Source of the DNA: a virus
Virus record (IMG/VR): IMGVR_UViG_3300027804_000049
Span: 32,001-96,000 of that record
DNA: 64,000 bases
Strand: one strand, 5' to 3'
The notes beneath the pieces were generated by a model, which was not told the DNA's origin, searched no databases, and worked only from the letters and a program-made list of their open reading frames with translations. Position numbers and translations under genes: made by a program. Of this stretch, positions 53,297-61,256 are shown in pieces. Position 1 is the first letter of the stretch. The number at the start of each line of letters is the position of its first letter.

Positions 53297-53328
53297 GACC
53301 CCTGGCGAAAGCCAGGGGTTTTCTTTTT
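53297..53328. terminator. Bidirectional terminator between convergent genes
   Basis: ACCCCTGGC-GAAA-GCCAGGGGT followed by a T tract. Confidence 0.8.
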
Positions 53329-53333
53329 ACTTC

Positions 53334-53558
53334 TTACTCTCCGGGGTTTATAACACCTGACGCGCAATCAAGACAGACAAGCCAAACGTCTTCTTCGTCT
53401 TCAATGCAGATAACGCAGGGAAAGAACTTTCGCATTTCAAACCCAACCGCAACATCACAATTAGCGCACTGCGCATCAATTAGAAACTCTGACAATCCTT
53501 CAGAGCCAGTTGCACGCACTGCATCTGGAGTCTCCGCTACGTATAGCTCAATTGCCAT
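53334..53558 (-). CDS. Zn-ribbon protein
   Basis: CANC...CLDC. Confidence 0.55.
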   Translation of the reverse strand: MAIELYVAETPDAVRATGSEGLSEFLIDAQCANCDVAVGFEMRKFFPCVICIEDEEDVWLVCLDCASGVINPGE

Positions 53559-53577
53559 ACGTCAAACCGTAATTGGT

Positions 53578-54270
53578 TTATACGTCTCCAACTAGGTTAC
53601 GGATCTTCCTTTGCAGGAGATTAAGCTCGGCCTTGGTTGCTGCAAGCTCTTCCTGTAGGGAAGATGTTCGCTCTGCAACGAGCTTTTCAATTAGGTAATC
53701 AATCACGGGGCTTTTTGATAGTTCCTCGTTGGATTGAGTAATCTCTTGCTTAATGATCTTCCTGTTTTTAGAGTTTCGAACTCCAGGCTTACGTCCACTT
53801 GTGTCTGTAAGTATGATTCCTGGGACTGCTTCAGTAATGGTTCTCTCTGGAACCTCACCTGCAGGAGCCCACCAAAGGACTGCCTGTAAGGCTCTAACCT
53901 TTAAGCCATTGGCTCTAACAACGCGTTCCTGTTGCGTTTCAGCTCGATTAGAAATTCTACCTTGCTTATTAAGTTCTAGTAAGTAAAGTCGAACTTGATT
54001 TACATCGAGTGATTTGCCAAGCTTAGTTTCAATAAGCTTAGCTATTTCTATAGTGGTAAGTGGTTGAGCACTTTCCTCAAGAATTATAGCTATCAAATCA
54101 AGAAGCAAAACCTTATCGCTCTTAGCTTGCTCGATATGCCTCCTGAGCTTTTCAGGAAGTGATCTGCGAATCGGAGTTGTCTCCTGTTCATTGGTAGCCT
54201 GCAATATTGGTTGACTCGATGAGAGTTCAACCGGAGTAGTGAATCTTGCTATGTGTTTTATTTTTGGCAT
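53578..54270 (-). CDS. Putative winged-helix DNA-binding protein with a C-terminal coiled coil
   Basis: IILEESAQPLTTIEIAKLI...QVRLYLLELNKQGRI; probable leaderless ATG 54270. Confidence 0.5.
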   Translation of the reverse strand: MPKIKHIARFTTPVELSSSQPILQATNEQETTPIRRSLPEKLRRHIEQAKSDKVLLLDLIAIILEESAQPLTTIEIAKLIETKLGKSLDVNQVRLYLLELNKQGRISNRAETQQERVVRANGLKVRALQAVLWWAPAGEVPERTITEAVPGIILTDTSGRKPGVRNSKNRKIIKQEITQSNEELSKSPVIDYLIEKLVAERTSSLQEELAATKAELNLLQRKIRNLVGDV

Positions 54271-54453
54271 GAGATCAATTATAACAGGAAAGGTGCTCAA
54301 AACTCGGCAAGGCTAAAAGATGTTTTAGGGGTTTTGGAGGCTTTAGCCCGGAGACTTCTTAATTCTTACACAGAAGTAAATTTTTGCAACTTGCAAAAAT
54401 TCTACAGGCCATTTTGACAAAAGTACAATTACGGAACAAAACGGACACTGCAG

Positions 54454-55248
54454 CTAAGCATCAAGCTGGAACTTCCGTGTACGTTCGCCAAGAAGTTGTA
54501 AGCTAGCTCGATCGGGAATTCCGCTTGCGTCAGCTCCAACCCGTCCGGTGATTCGTTGCCAGCGTGCATAGGCGCTCTTAGTTTGTCCGTCGAACATGTC
54601 AGGAGTTTCCCCTATGAGACCCGTCACCTGTTTTAGGGCAAGCTGTACCAGACCGATGTCCTTGTTACGTCGTCCAGACGTTACCCGTCTCACGTCCAGT
54701 ATAGGGGCAGGCTGACCCGTCTCTTGTTTTATTGTTGGGGCAGGCTGCACTCTCGCAAACGCGAGAATCTCATGCCCGTCACGTATCCGTCTAAATACAC
54801 CCCGCAGGCTGGGGTCCGATTTGGCAAGCCCGCTTGACACATCACCTTCGATGGTTCCGACCAGGCCTGCGGTCTCCCACTCCCTAACGTCAGCTACCAG
54901 GCCAACATGCATAACCTGAAAAGGCGAGCCCGTTGCAAACGTAAAGAACACGATGTCACCAGGCTGGGGTTTTTCTACGACCCGTCTGGTCTTTATAAAC
55001 TCAGCAAGCCCGCTGGCTGGGTATGTCACACTTGGAATGATTAAGCCTGCATCATGAAACACGCAGTCAATAAACGCACCCGCCCATGTTACTCCTGAGT
55101 AACCGACGCGCTCGGAGAACTCTACCCGTCCTCCTTGAGAGAGCTGGCCTAACCAGGCTGTTGCCGTCTCTAGTTGTTTAGGCGGCTCAGGCTGCGTAGT
55201 GCGTAAGAAGAACTTTTTCCAATTGGTTAACAAGTGTCTCTGCCTCAT
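54454..55248 (-). CDS. CHAP-like amidase plus peptidoglycan-binding domain, catalytic Cys replaced by Ala
   Basis: WAGAFI (canonical WCxxFV), PQPGDIVFF, HVGLV, TIEGD; C-terminal T.SAYARWQ...DASGIP...SL..L. Confidence 0.7.
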   Translation of the reverse strand: MRQRHLLTNWKKFFLRTTQPEPPKQLETATAWLGQLSQGGRVEFSERVGYSGVTWAGAFIDCVFHDAGLIIPSVTYPASGLAEFIKTRRVVEKPQPGDIVFFTFATGSPFQVMHVGLVADVREWETAGLVGTIEGDVSSGLAKSDPSLRGVFRRIRDGHEILAFARVQPAPTIKQETGQPAPILDVRRVTSGRRNKDIGLVQLALKQVTGLIGETPDMFDGQTKSAYARWQRITGRVGADASGIPDRASLQLLGERTRKFQLDA

Positions 55249-55369
55249 TTGCTCTAGCCGTTAGGCGAATATGCTCTTCACGAGTTGCAGCAAGCTCAAC
55301 GTCATTGATAAGTTTAGCCGCATGTTCACGCATTAAGAACAGGGTCTCCTCAAGCTGGGTTACTGTCAT
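55187..55369 (-). CDS. Small helical hypothetical protein
   Basis: ORF track; operon context. Confidence 0.55.
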   Translation of the reverse strand: MTVTQLEETLFLMREHAAKLINDVELAATREEHIRLTARANEAETLVNQLEKVLLTHYAA

Positions 55370-56276
55370 CGCCTGTGATCTCCTGTGCGTCTTCTATATT
55401 TGAGTTGTCACTTGCCGTCACTGGGTCTAACGCTCGATCAACGATCTCTCCTGCAACGATAAGAGCGCCCGCCTTCAATCGCTCGAGTCTCTCGGCGATG
55501 ATTACAGACGCTGGCCTGTCGTTAGTTAAAACCGTCGCGTCTAACTCTATACCGCCACGGACTCCCGCGCGATCTAGAATCTCCGTAGAGGCTTTTAATC
55601 TTACTGGCTCACTAGTTGCGTATTGCATTAACTCCTCGAGAGCATCAACTGCATATGGAGCGGATTGAACTAACTTCTTACGAGCACGCTCAATCTCGTC
55701 GGACGGTCTCTTGGCAACATGGCGGAGATGAACACGACACATTCCGGAGTCCTTAGGGCGGCCCGAGGTCCAGAGCATACAGCGAATGCCGTCATCTTTA
55801 ATATACGTGCAGCGAGTTGGAAGCGCGGTTGGTCTTCTCTTCTCGGTGGCAATTGGATTATCTTGCTCAGCCATCCACATCTTGGTGGCACCAAGGACCC
55901 AGGTAGGAACTAGGTTGTCCGAGGCAGGCTCTGCAATTAGGTCCATGCCTGAAAGGTAGTCTGAGTTGATGTTGCCTGGATCAACCATGATCGGTTTCTT
56001 CTCCGCAAGAGACAGGAGCCGTCTCTGCTTGACCATGTCCTTTGAGCGGGCCATGATGAGACCCGTCGGTACACCGTTTGAAGCGTAGACCGTGTCCCAG
56101 CCAAGTTGGTTGGATCTTAGGATGGATCTGTTTTCAAAGGTATCCTCACAGACACCGCGCTCTGACTCGATGATTCCAAGTGAGCCGAGGTCCGGGCGAA
56201 GGTTTACACCTTCCTCAAGAATTAAAAAATCAGGAGCGTCTTCGCTATCCTGTGATGCAAGTTCTTTGCTGCTCAT
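55350..56276 (-). CDS. Possible terminase small subunit-like DNA-binding protein
   Basis: C...DG.RC...G.C.VH followed by ARKKL...A...L......SE.VRLKAS.EILDRAG, a pattern seen in actinophage TerS-like proteins. Confidence 0.45.
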   Translation of the reverse strand: MSSKELASQDSEDAPDFLILEEGVNLRPDLGSLGIIESERGVCEDTFENRSILRSNQLGWDTVYASNGVPTGLIMARSKDMVKQRRLLSLAEKKPIMVDPGNINSDYLSGMDLIAEPASDNLVPTWVLGATKMWMAEQDNPIATEKRRPTALPTRCTYIKDDGIRCMLWTSGRPKDSGMCRVHLRHVAKRPSDEIERARKKLVQSAPYAVDALEELMQYATSEPVRLKASTEILDRAGVRGGIELDATVLTNDRPASVIIAERLERLKAGALIVAGEIVDRALDPVTASDNSNIEDAQEITGDDSNPA

Positions 56277-56308
56277 AGTTCAATTGTACACAGGGGAAGA
56301 AAAAGAGA

Positions 56309-56348
56309 CAGTCTCCAACTCGGGGGAGAGGATTAGAGCTGGAGACTG
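56309..56348 (-). terminator. Intrinsic terminator with an anti-SD-like loop
   Basis: 13-bp stem followed by UCUCUUUUU on the minus strand; loop UAAUCCUCUCCCCC. Confidence 0.7.
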
Positions 56349-56367
56349 CCTGTTCTAGTTTTGGGGC

Positions 56368-56553
56368 TTAAGCTTTCTTTCCGAAAGCGGTATCGCTTGG
56401 GTTTAGGTAGCGAAGAATTACTGGAAGGATAGCCGCGAGGCCAGCCTTAGCAATGTCCGCTGGATCGGTAACACCAGCCATGTATACTGCAATTCCTGCG
56501 GCAAGAAATGAACGTGCCCAGGATGCTGCCATAGCTTTTAGTTCTTTTGACAT
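56368..56553 (-). CDS. Putative holin
   Basis: 61 aa, two TM helices, SWARSFLAA...LRYLNPSD.AFG pattern. Confidence 0.6.
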   Translation of the reverse strand: MSKELKAMAASWARSFLAAGIAVYMAGVTDPADIAKAGLAAILPVILRYLNPSDTAFGKKA

Positions 56554-56680
56554 GTAGTCTCCTTTTGAGTCAAGGGGTTGACTCGAGGAAATTCTACACG
56601 GGTGTTGGAAAGTTTATTTGGGAAGTCGAATCAGAAACCCGCGCTTTTAAGGCATGTAGAAACAGTACTAGTAAACTGCT

Positions 56681-56953
56681 TCAAACACTTGCGGGAAGTA
56701 TGGGATCCTCTCCGTTTATCACGTCAATGGCTCTGCGCAATCCCAGGGTATAAAGCGAGTCATCATTGGGCACTTCCGTCTCCCAGGTATCCATCATTTT
56801 TGATAACTCAGCAGAGAGATACTCTTGCCACTTATCAAAGGCAGTGAATATCACAAGCTCAAGTTCGCCGGGGTGGACTGGTGGATCATTTAGTTGTTTA
56901 GAGATTTGAGAGTAAAGCTCAAGAGCAATTACGTCTTTCTTCTTTGGTGTCAT
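56681..56953 (-). CDS. Hypothetical protein
   Basis: LYTLGLRRAID motif; AAGGAG RBS. Confidence 0.55.
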   Translation of the reverse strand: MTPKKKDVIALELYSQISKQLNDPPVHPGELELVIFTAFDKWQEYLSAELSKMMDTWETEVPNDDSLYTLGLRRAIDVINGEDPILPASV

Positions 56954-57162
56954 TTTTTCTCCTTATTTTTAGTAGCGGTCACATCCTTGGGCTTCCATGA
57001 CTTATTACATGAACACCCACATATCCATAACTTATCAAACCACGCGATTTCATGAGCGCAGTTATTGTGAATTCCCTCCTGGCAAAAACCACAGGGCTTT
57101 TCTCGGTGGATAATCTCTCGAGTGCCAAACCACTCGTTGTGATTATTAGGTTCCTTACTCAA
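56950..57162 (-). CDS. Small Cys/His-rich protein
   Basis: CGFC..G.H..C...CGCSC. Confidence 0.55.
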   Translation of the reverse strand: MSKEPNNHNEWFGTREIIHREKPCGFCQEGIHNNCAHEIAWFDKLWICGCSCNKSWKPKDVTATKNKEKK

Positions 57163-57868
57163 CGCGCAACACCGTCCCCTTGTGATGAAGAAGCTTTACC
57201 TGAGGATCCAGCATTATCTTAAATCCGGCCTCCTTGGCATTTTCACACCAGGCATAGTCCTCACCCATGTTTACCTCGAAACCAATTTCCTCCTGCCAAA
57301 GTATGTGACGAATCTTGAACCAGGGGCGAGGTATCTTTTCAAAGACACCTTGCTTCATTGCAACAAAACCAAAACCAACGCCGCCAACCTCAATGGGATC
57401 CCAGTCCAGCAGTAGATCCTTCTTGTTAGTTTTTTGAGGTCGCCCGTCCTTATCTGGAAAGTTCACCGCGATGGTTCCGTTAGGGTGAGTCTGGTAGACG
57501 CCAGAGATGATTTCATGCTCTGACTCATAGATCTTCATAAACTGTTCAGGCGTCCACTCAATATCTGAGTCGATCCAAAAGATCTTCCTGTAGGTGTATT
57601 TTCCACCGCCAATGTCTCTAGTCTTCCAGTTATGTCCATAAGAATCGGTTGCAACCATCTCACGAGTACTGGGGATAAATGATCCGGACTTATGAAGCAG
57701 GTGGTATGAGATCCCCCTCTCATTAAGAACGCGGGTAGTCGCAACTAAGCTCGTCACATACTCAGGCACAAACGAAAACGCAGGTGTCGCAATCAGGACG
57801 TCATAGTGAACTACATCCGCCTTGACCATGGGAAGCTCGTTTATGTGACTCACACCGCGACTCTGCAA
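57155..57868 (-). CDS. GT-A fold glycosyltransferase
   Basis: LIATP, FWIDSDI (DxD), GFGFV, GEDYAWC...GF.I..DP...L.H. Confidence 0.8.
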   Translation of the reverse strand: MQSRGVSHINELPMVKADVVHYDVLIATPAFSFVPEYVTSLVATTRVLNERGISYHLLHKSGSFIPSTREMVATDSYGHNWKTRDIGGGKYTYRKIFWIDSDIEWTPEQFMKIYESEHEIISGVYQTHPNGTIAVNFPDKDGRPQKTNKKDLLLDWDPIEVGGVGFGFVAMKQGVFEKIPRPWFKIRHILWQEEIGFEVNMGEDYAWCENAKEAGFKIMLDPQVKLLHHKGTVLRVE

Positions 57869-58314
57869 TCATCACAAAGCAACGCATCAAACCCAGTCGC
57901 ATAATCTGCGCTATACCCATTTTGAGTCACAGGCACGGGAGTAACCCGTTTATCAGAGGAACCGCAACGTGCACACTGTAATGAAACAATCCACTCAACC
58001 TGACGCCCAGCTTCAAGGCAGGCAGAGATTCCACGGGTTAATGCATGCATCGGTCCTGCGCCCTCAGTCTTACGTAGGAACATTCTTGTGTCCTCTGCCT
58101 CAAGGACAGGAGTGATCTTCTTGCAAGGGCACATCATGGCACTGGGCTTACACACAAGTATTCCGTTGTAGGTTGTGTGCTTACTTACCGCATGACCACA
58201 GACGCAAACCCGTCTATCCCTCTTGGTCTTACTCTTGCGTGTAAGTTTTTTATCTACCTCTCGAGCTTCCTCGACAGATATTCCCATAGCCTCAAGGGCA
58301 TTTTCACTAGACAC
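57850..58314 (-). CDS. Zn-finger protein
   Basis: CVCGH...H...C...CPC and CARC...CDDC; probable start GTG 58314. Confidence 0.55.
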   Translation of the reverse strand: MSSENALEAMGISVEEAREVDKKLTRKSKTKRDRRVCVCGHAVSKHTTYNGILVCKPSAMMCPCKKITPVLEAEDTRMFLRKTEGAGPMHALTRGISACLEAGRQVEWIVSLQCARCGSSDKRVTPVPVTQNGYSADYATGFDALLCDDCRVAV

Positions 58315-58486
58315 TAAACCACATCCAGCCAAACGAAACCCAGCAATACGAAAGCATAGCCGCGATGGCATAAAGCATTCTACTCATCATTTTGTTCTCG
58401 TTCTTCACTGGCCAAGCATAGAAAAACAGAATCCCAGCCGCGATAGTTCCTAGTATCAAAGCAATCAAAACTCCAGTATCTCTCAT
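58307..58486 (-). CDS. Small two-TM membrane protein (59 aa), first gene of the leftward arm
   Basis: Manual translation MRDTGVLIALILGTIAAGILFFYAW...; GAGAGGA RBS and TATAAT upstream. Confidence 0.55.
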   Translation of the reverse strand: MRDTGVLIALILGTIAAGILFFYAWPVKNENKMMSRMLYAIAAMLSYCWVSFGWMWFSV

Positions 58487-58555
58487 GTAAAATTCCTCTC
58501 TGTGTACTCGGGTTAAACCTTCCTGTAATTATATAACTATTTCTACTGAAAAGTA

Positions 58556-58920
58556 CAACCATACTCAACCATAGTTCAACTATAATTCATAATTCTTTAA
58601 TACTCAACTATATTTATCGTCGCCCCTAGGAGAAACTCCTTACACGTATACTAAATATAGTAGAGTATTAAAGAATTAAGATATACAGAATATTATAAAT
58701 ATGGGGCTTACTAGGTCGTTTTGAACTTTTTGAATTACTTTTTTGACCTAGTATGTCTCCAATAGCCTACTAGGTCTCTTTGACGTTTTCGAACTACTTT
58801 TCTTACCTAGTATGTCAAGAAGGTGCCGTCTCCTTCGTCACCTAATAATAAACCCCGAGATCTTCGTTTATATAATAGCAATATAGTTGAGCGTGGTTGA
58901 CTATTATAAGTGGTTGAGCA
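58556..58920. repeat. AT-rich repeat/palindrome region between divergent arms (candidate origin or packaging site)
   Basis: 27-bp inverted repeat 58590-58616/58652-58678 (1 mismatch); two 49-bp direct repeats 58709-58757 and 58768-58816; CAAC(C/T)A repeats in opposing orientations. Confidence 0.75.
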
Positions 58921-59013
58921 TTATAAATATACAAACAATTATATCTTTTTTCGCCCTAAAATCACCGCTTTCAAAGCCTCATCGCGCTCCCATTTACAGG
59001 TTAAGATTTCATC

Positions 59014-59271
59014 ATGTTATCTCGTGGAGCGTCAGGAGTACCAAACTACTCGCCACATGCTCAGGCGATGTTGCGCCTTACAGCTTGCTCTACTACTCTG
59101 CGCTCTCTAATTCTTAACCTTGAGGATCCTCAGGAGGAAGATCTTCGCGTTAATCTTCTCATATCCTGTGACGAGGTAATAAATCAAGCAAATCAGCTCT
59201 ACCTTCAAATCTCAGAGATGACTTGGAAAGAACTTGATAGACGTAATCACCCCTCATCTGATAACGCATAA
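59014..59271 (+). CDS. Hypothetical protein (start uncertain)
   Basis: ORF track; helical C-terminal part. Confidence 0.35.
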   Translation: MLSRGASGVPNYSPHAQAMLRLTACSTTLRSLILNLEDPQEEDLRVNLLISCDEVINQANQLYLQISEMTWKELDRRNHPSSDNA

Positions 59272-59309
59272 CCTTAATCATTTTCCCAATAGCAAGATAG
59301 AATAGCAAC

Positions 59310-59894
59310 ATGGCTCGCATACTAGGAACAATCGCCAGCTCTATCTTCGAAGACCTTGGCGACTTTGAGTCTATTGCTACTGTAAGCGTTGGTAGCGGTG
59401 GCACTTCAACTATCACTTTTAGTTCTATACCTGCCACTTTTACGCATTTGCAGATTAGAGCATTTGTGCAAACAGACCGTGGTACTTTTGGAGTTGACGG
59501 TATGGGGTTGCAAATTAATGGAAGTGCAGGAACGAATTACGCCTATCATTATTTAAGAGGCAGTGGCTCTGCCGTTGCTGCTGCTGCTGTTACATCAGCA
59601 AGTTCAATTGCTGAACTTAGCACAGTCGGCTGTGGAACAACCACTGGTGGAACTTTTGGTATTAGCATTATAGATATTTTAGATTATGCAAACACCGACA
59701 AATACAAAACAATACGTAACTTAAACGGTGCTGATGTTAATGGATTAGTAGGAGGCGTTGGTGGATTTATTTCTTTAGTATCTGGTCTATGGATGCAAAC
59801 AAATGCAATTACTTCTTTAGTTTTTAATCCTAACTCTGGAACGAATTTCACTCAATACTCCTACTTCGCCCTCTACGGAATACGGAGCGCATAA
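59310..59894 (+). CDS. Putative virion-associated beta-rich protein, paralog 1
   Basis: IATV.V...ITFSSIP.T.T.LQI...IDILDYANT.K.KT...ALYGI; leaderless start. Confidence 0.6.
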   Translation: MARILGTIASSIFEDLGDFESIATVSVGSGGTSTITFSSIPATFTHLQIRAFVQTDRGTFGVDGMGLQINGSAGTNYAYHYLRGSGSAVAAAAVTSASSIAELSTVGCGTTTGGTFGISIIDILDYANTDKYKTIRNLNGADVNGLVGGVGGFISLVSGLWMQTNAITSLVFNPNSGTNFTQYSYFALYGIRSA

Positions 59895-60385
59895 TGCCTA
59901 TAACTTATGAACCGATAGCAACAGCAACTGCTTCAGGTAGCCAATCAGAAATTCTTTTTACTAATATTAGTCAGTCTTATACTGACCTTGTAGTGGTTGT
60001 GCAAGCAACCGAAAGCGGCTCAGATGGAATGGATATGAGAGTCGGTAATGGCTCAATAGATTCAGGAAATAATTACTCTTTCACAGTATTAAGAGGTCAG
60101 AGTGGTTCTGCTTCTTCATACAGAGTGACCAATTATTCAGCGATGGAAATAGGGCAAGTAAATACAACTCAAAGCATACACATAGCACACATTCTGAATT
60201 ATTCAAACACAACTACCTACAAAACTTTTTTAGCAAGAGAAAATAATGTAGATGTCAGAGTGGCGGGAAGAGTTGGTCTATGGCGTAGCACTTCCGCTAT
60301 AAATCAAATTAATTTTAAGAATGGCAGCAATGTTAATCACACGGCTGGCTCAACCTTCACCCTCTACGGAATAAAAAGTGCGTGA
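59894..60385 (+). CDS. Putative virion-associated beta-rich protein, paralog 2
   Basis: YEPIAT...F.NI.Q.YTDL...NYSNTTTYKT...TLYGI. Confidence 0.6.
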   Translation: MPITYEPIATATASGSQSEILFTNISQSYTDLVVVVQATESGSDGMDMRVGNGSIDSGNNYSFTVLRGQSGSASSYRVTNYSAMEIGQVNTTQSIHIAHILNYSNTTTYKTFLARENNVDVRVAGRVGLWRSTSAINQINFKNGSNVNHTAGSTFTLYGIKSA

Positions 60386-60418
60386 CCTTATGACAACTAA
60401 TTTTAGAAAGGCGGCATA

Positions 60419-60928
60419 ATGGCTAACACATATACGGCAATAGCCACTGTAACTGTGGATAGTGGTGGGGCTGCAACAATGGCTTTTAGTTCTATACCTG
60501 CAACTTATACTGACCTAAACATTGTGGCCTCTCTTAGAACAACTGCAAATGATGGCTACCAATCTGTAACTGTAAATTTCAATGGCAGTCCTACGTATTC
60601 ATTGAGGCGTTTATACAACACAGGTTCTGACTCTGCTAATGCTGACTACTGGGCTATTGCCCCCGCTGATAGCGCATCCCTTATGACTGCTAGTACATAT
60701 GGCAGTCTATCTATTTATTTACCCAACTACACAAGTTCAGCAAATAAATCAGCAAGCGTTGATGTTGTAGTGGAAAACAATGTTTCAGGTGGTGTGTCTT
60801 GGCAGGGACTGAATGCTGGATTAGCAACACTTACAAGCGCAATTACTACTATTACACTTGCGCCATATGGCGGAAATAATTTCAAGCAATACTCCACCGC
60901 CACCCTATACGGAATCAAAAACTCATAA
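60419..60928 (+). CDS. Putative virion-associated beta-rich protein, paralog 3
   Basis: IATVTV...FSSIPATYTDL...IYLPNY...TLYGI. Confidence 0.6.
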   Translation: MANTYTAIATVTVDSGGAATMAFSSIPATYTDLNIVASLRTTANDGYQSVTVNFNGSPTYSLRRLYNTGSDSANADYWAIAPADSASLMTASTYGSLSIYLPNYTSSANKSASVDVVVENNVSGGVSWQGLNAGLATLTSAITTITLAPYGGNNFKQYSTATLYGIKNS

Positions 60929-60940
60929 GAAAGGAAAACA

Positions 60941-61168
60941 ATGCCAACCAAACTAATCGTAGATTGCTCAACTGGAGTGACCACAGAGGTAGAACTAACT
61001 GCCGAAGAGATTGCCCAGCGCGAGGCAGATGCAGCAGCCTACGCTGTAGCAGAAGCAGAACGTCTTGCAGCGGCTGAGTCACTTGCTGCGCTCAAAGCTT
61101 CAGCCAAGGCCAAGTTAATTGCAGGCCAGCCCTTAACGGCTGAGGAAGCAGACACGCTCGTTATTTAA
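60941..61168 (+). CDS. Small chaperone-like protein accompanying the paralog triplet
   Basis: VDCSTG...ELTAEEIAQRE...SAKAKL..G.PLT.EEA; GAAAGGA RBS. Confidence 0.55.
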   Translation: MPTKLIVDCSTGVTTEVELTAEEIAQREADAAAYAVAEAERLAAAESLAALKASAKAKLIAGQPLTAEEADTLVI

Positions 61169-61256
61169 TACTTTCTTGCATTTGTCTTGCATTTGATTGT
61201 CATTTACAGGAAGATAGTATAGAATAGCACACGGGGAGATTCCATAAGGAGTCTAG

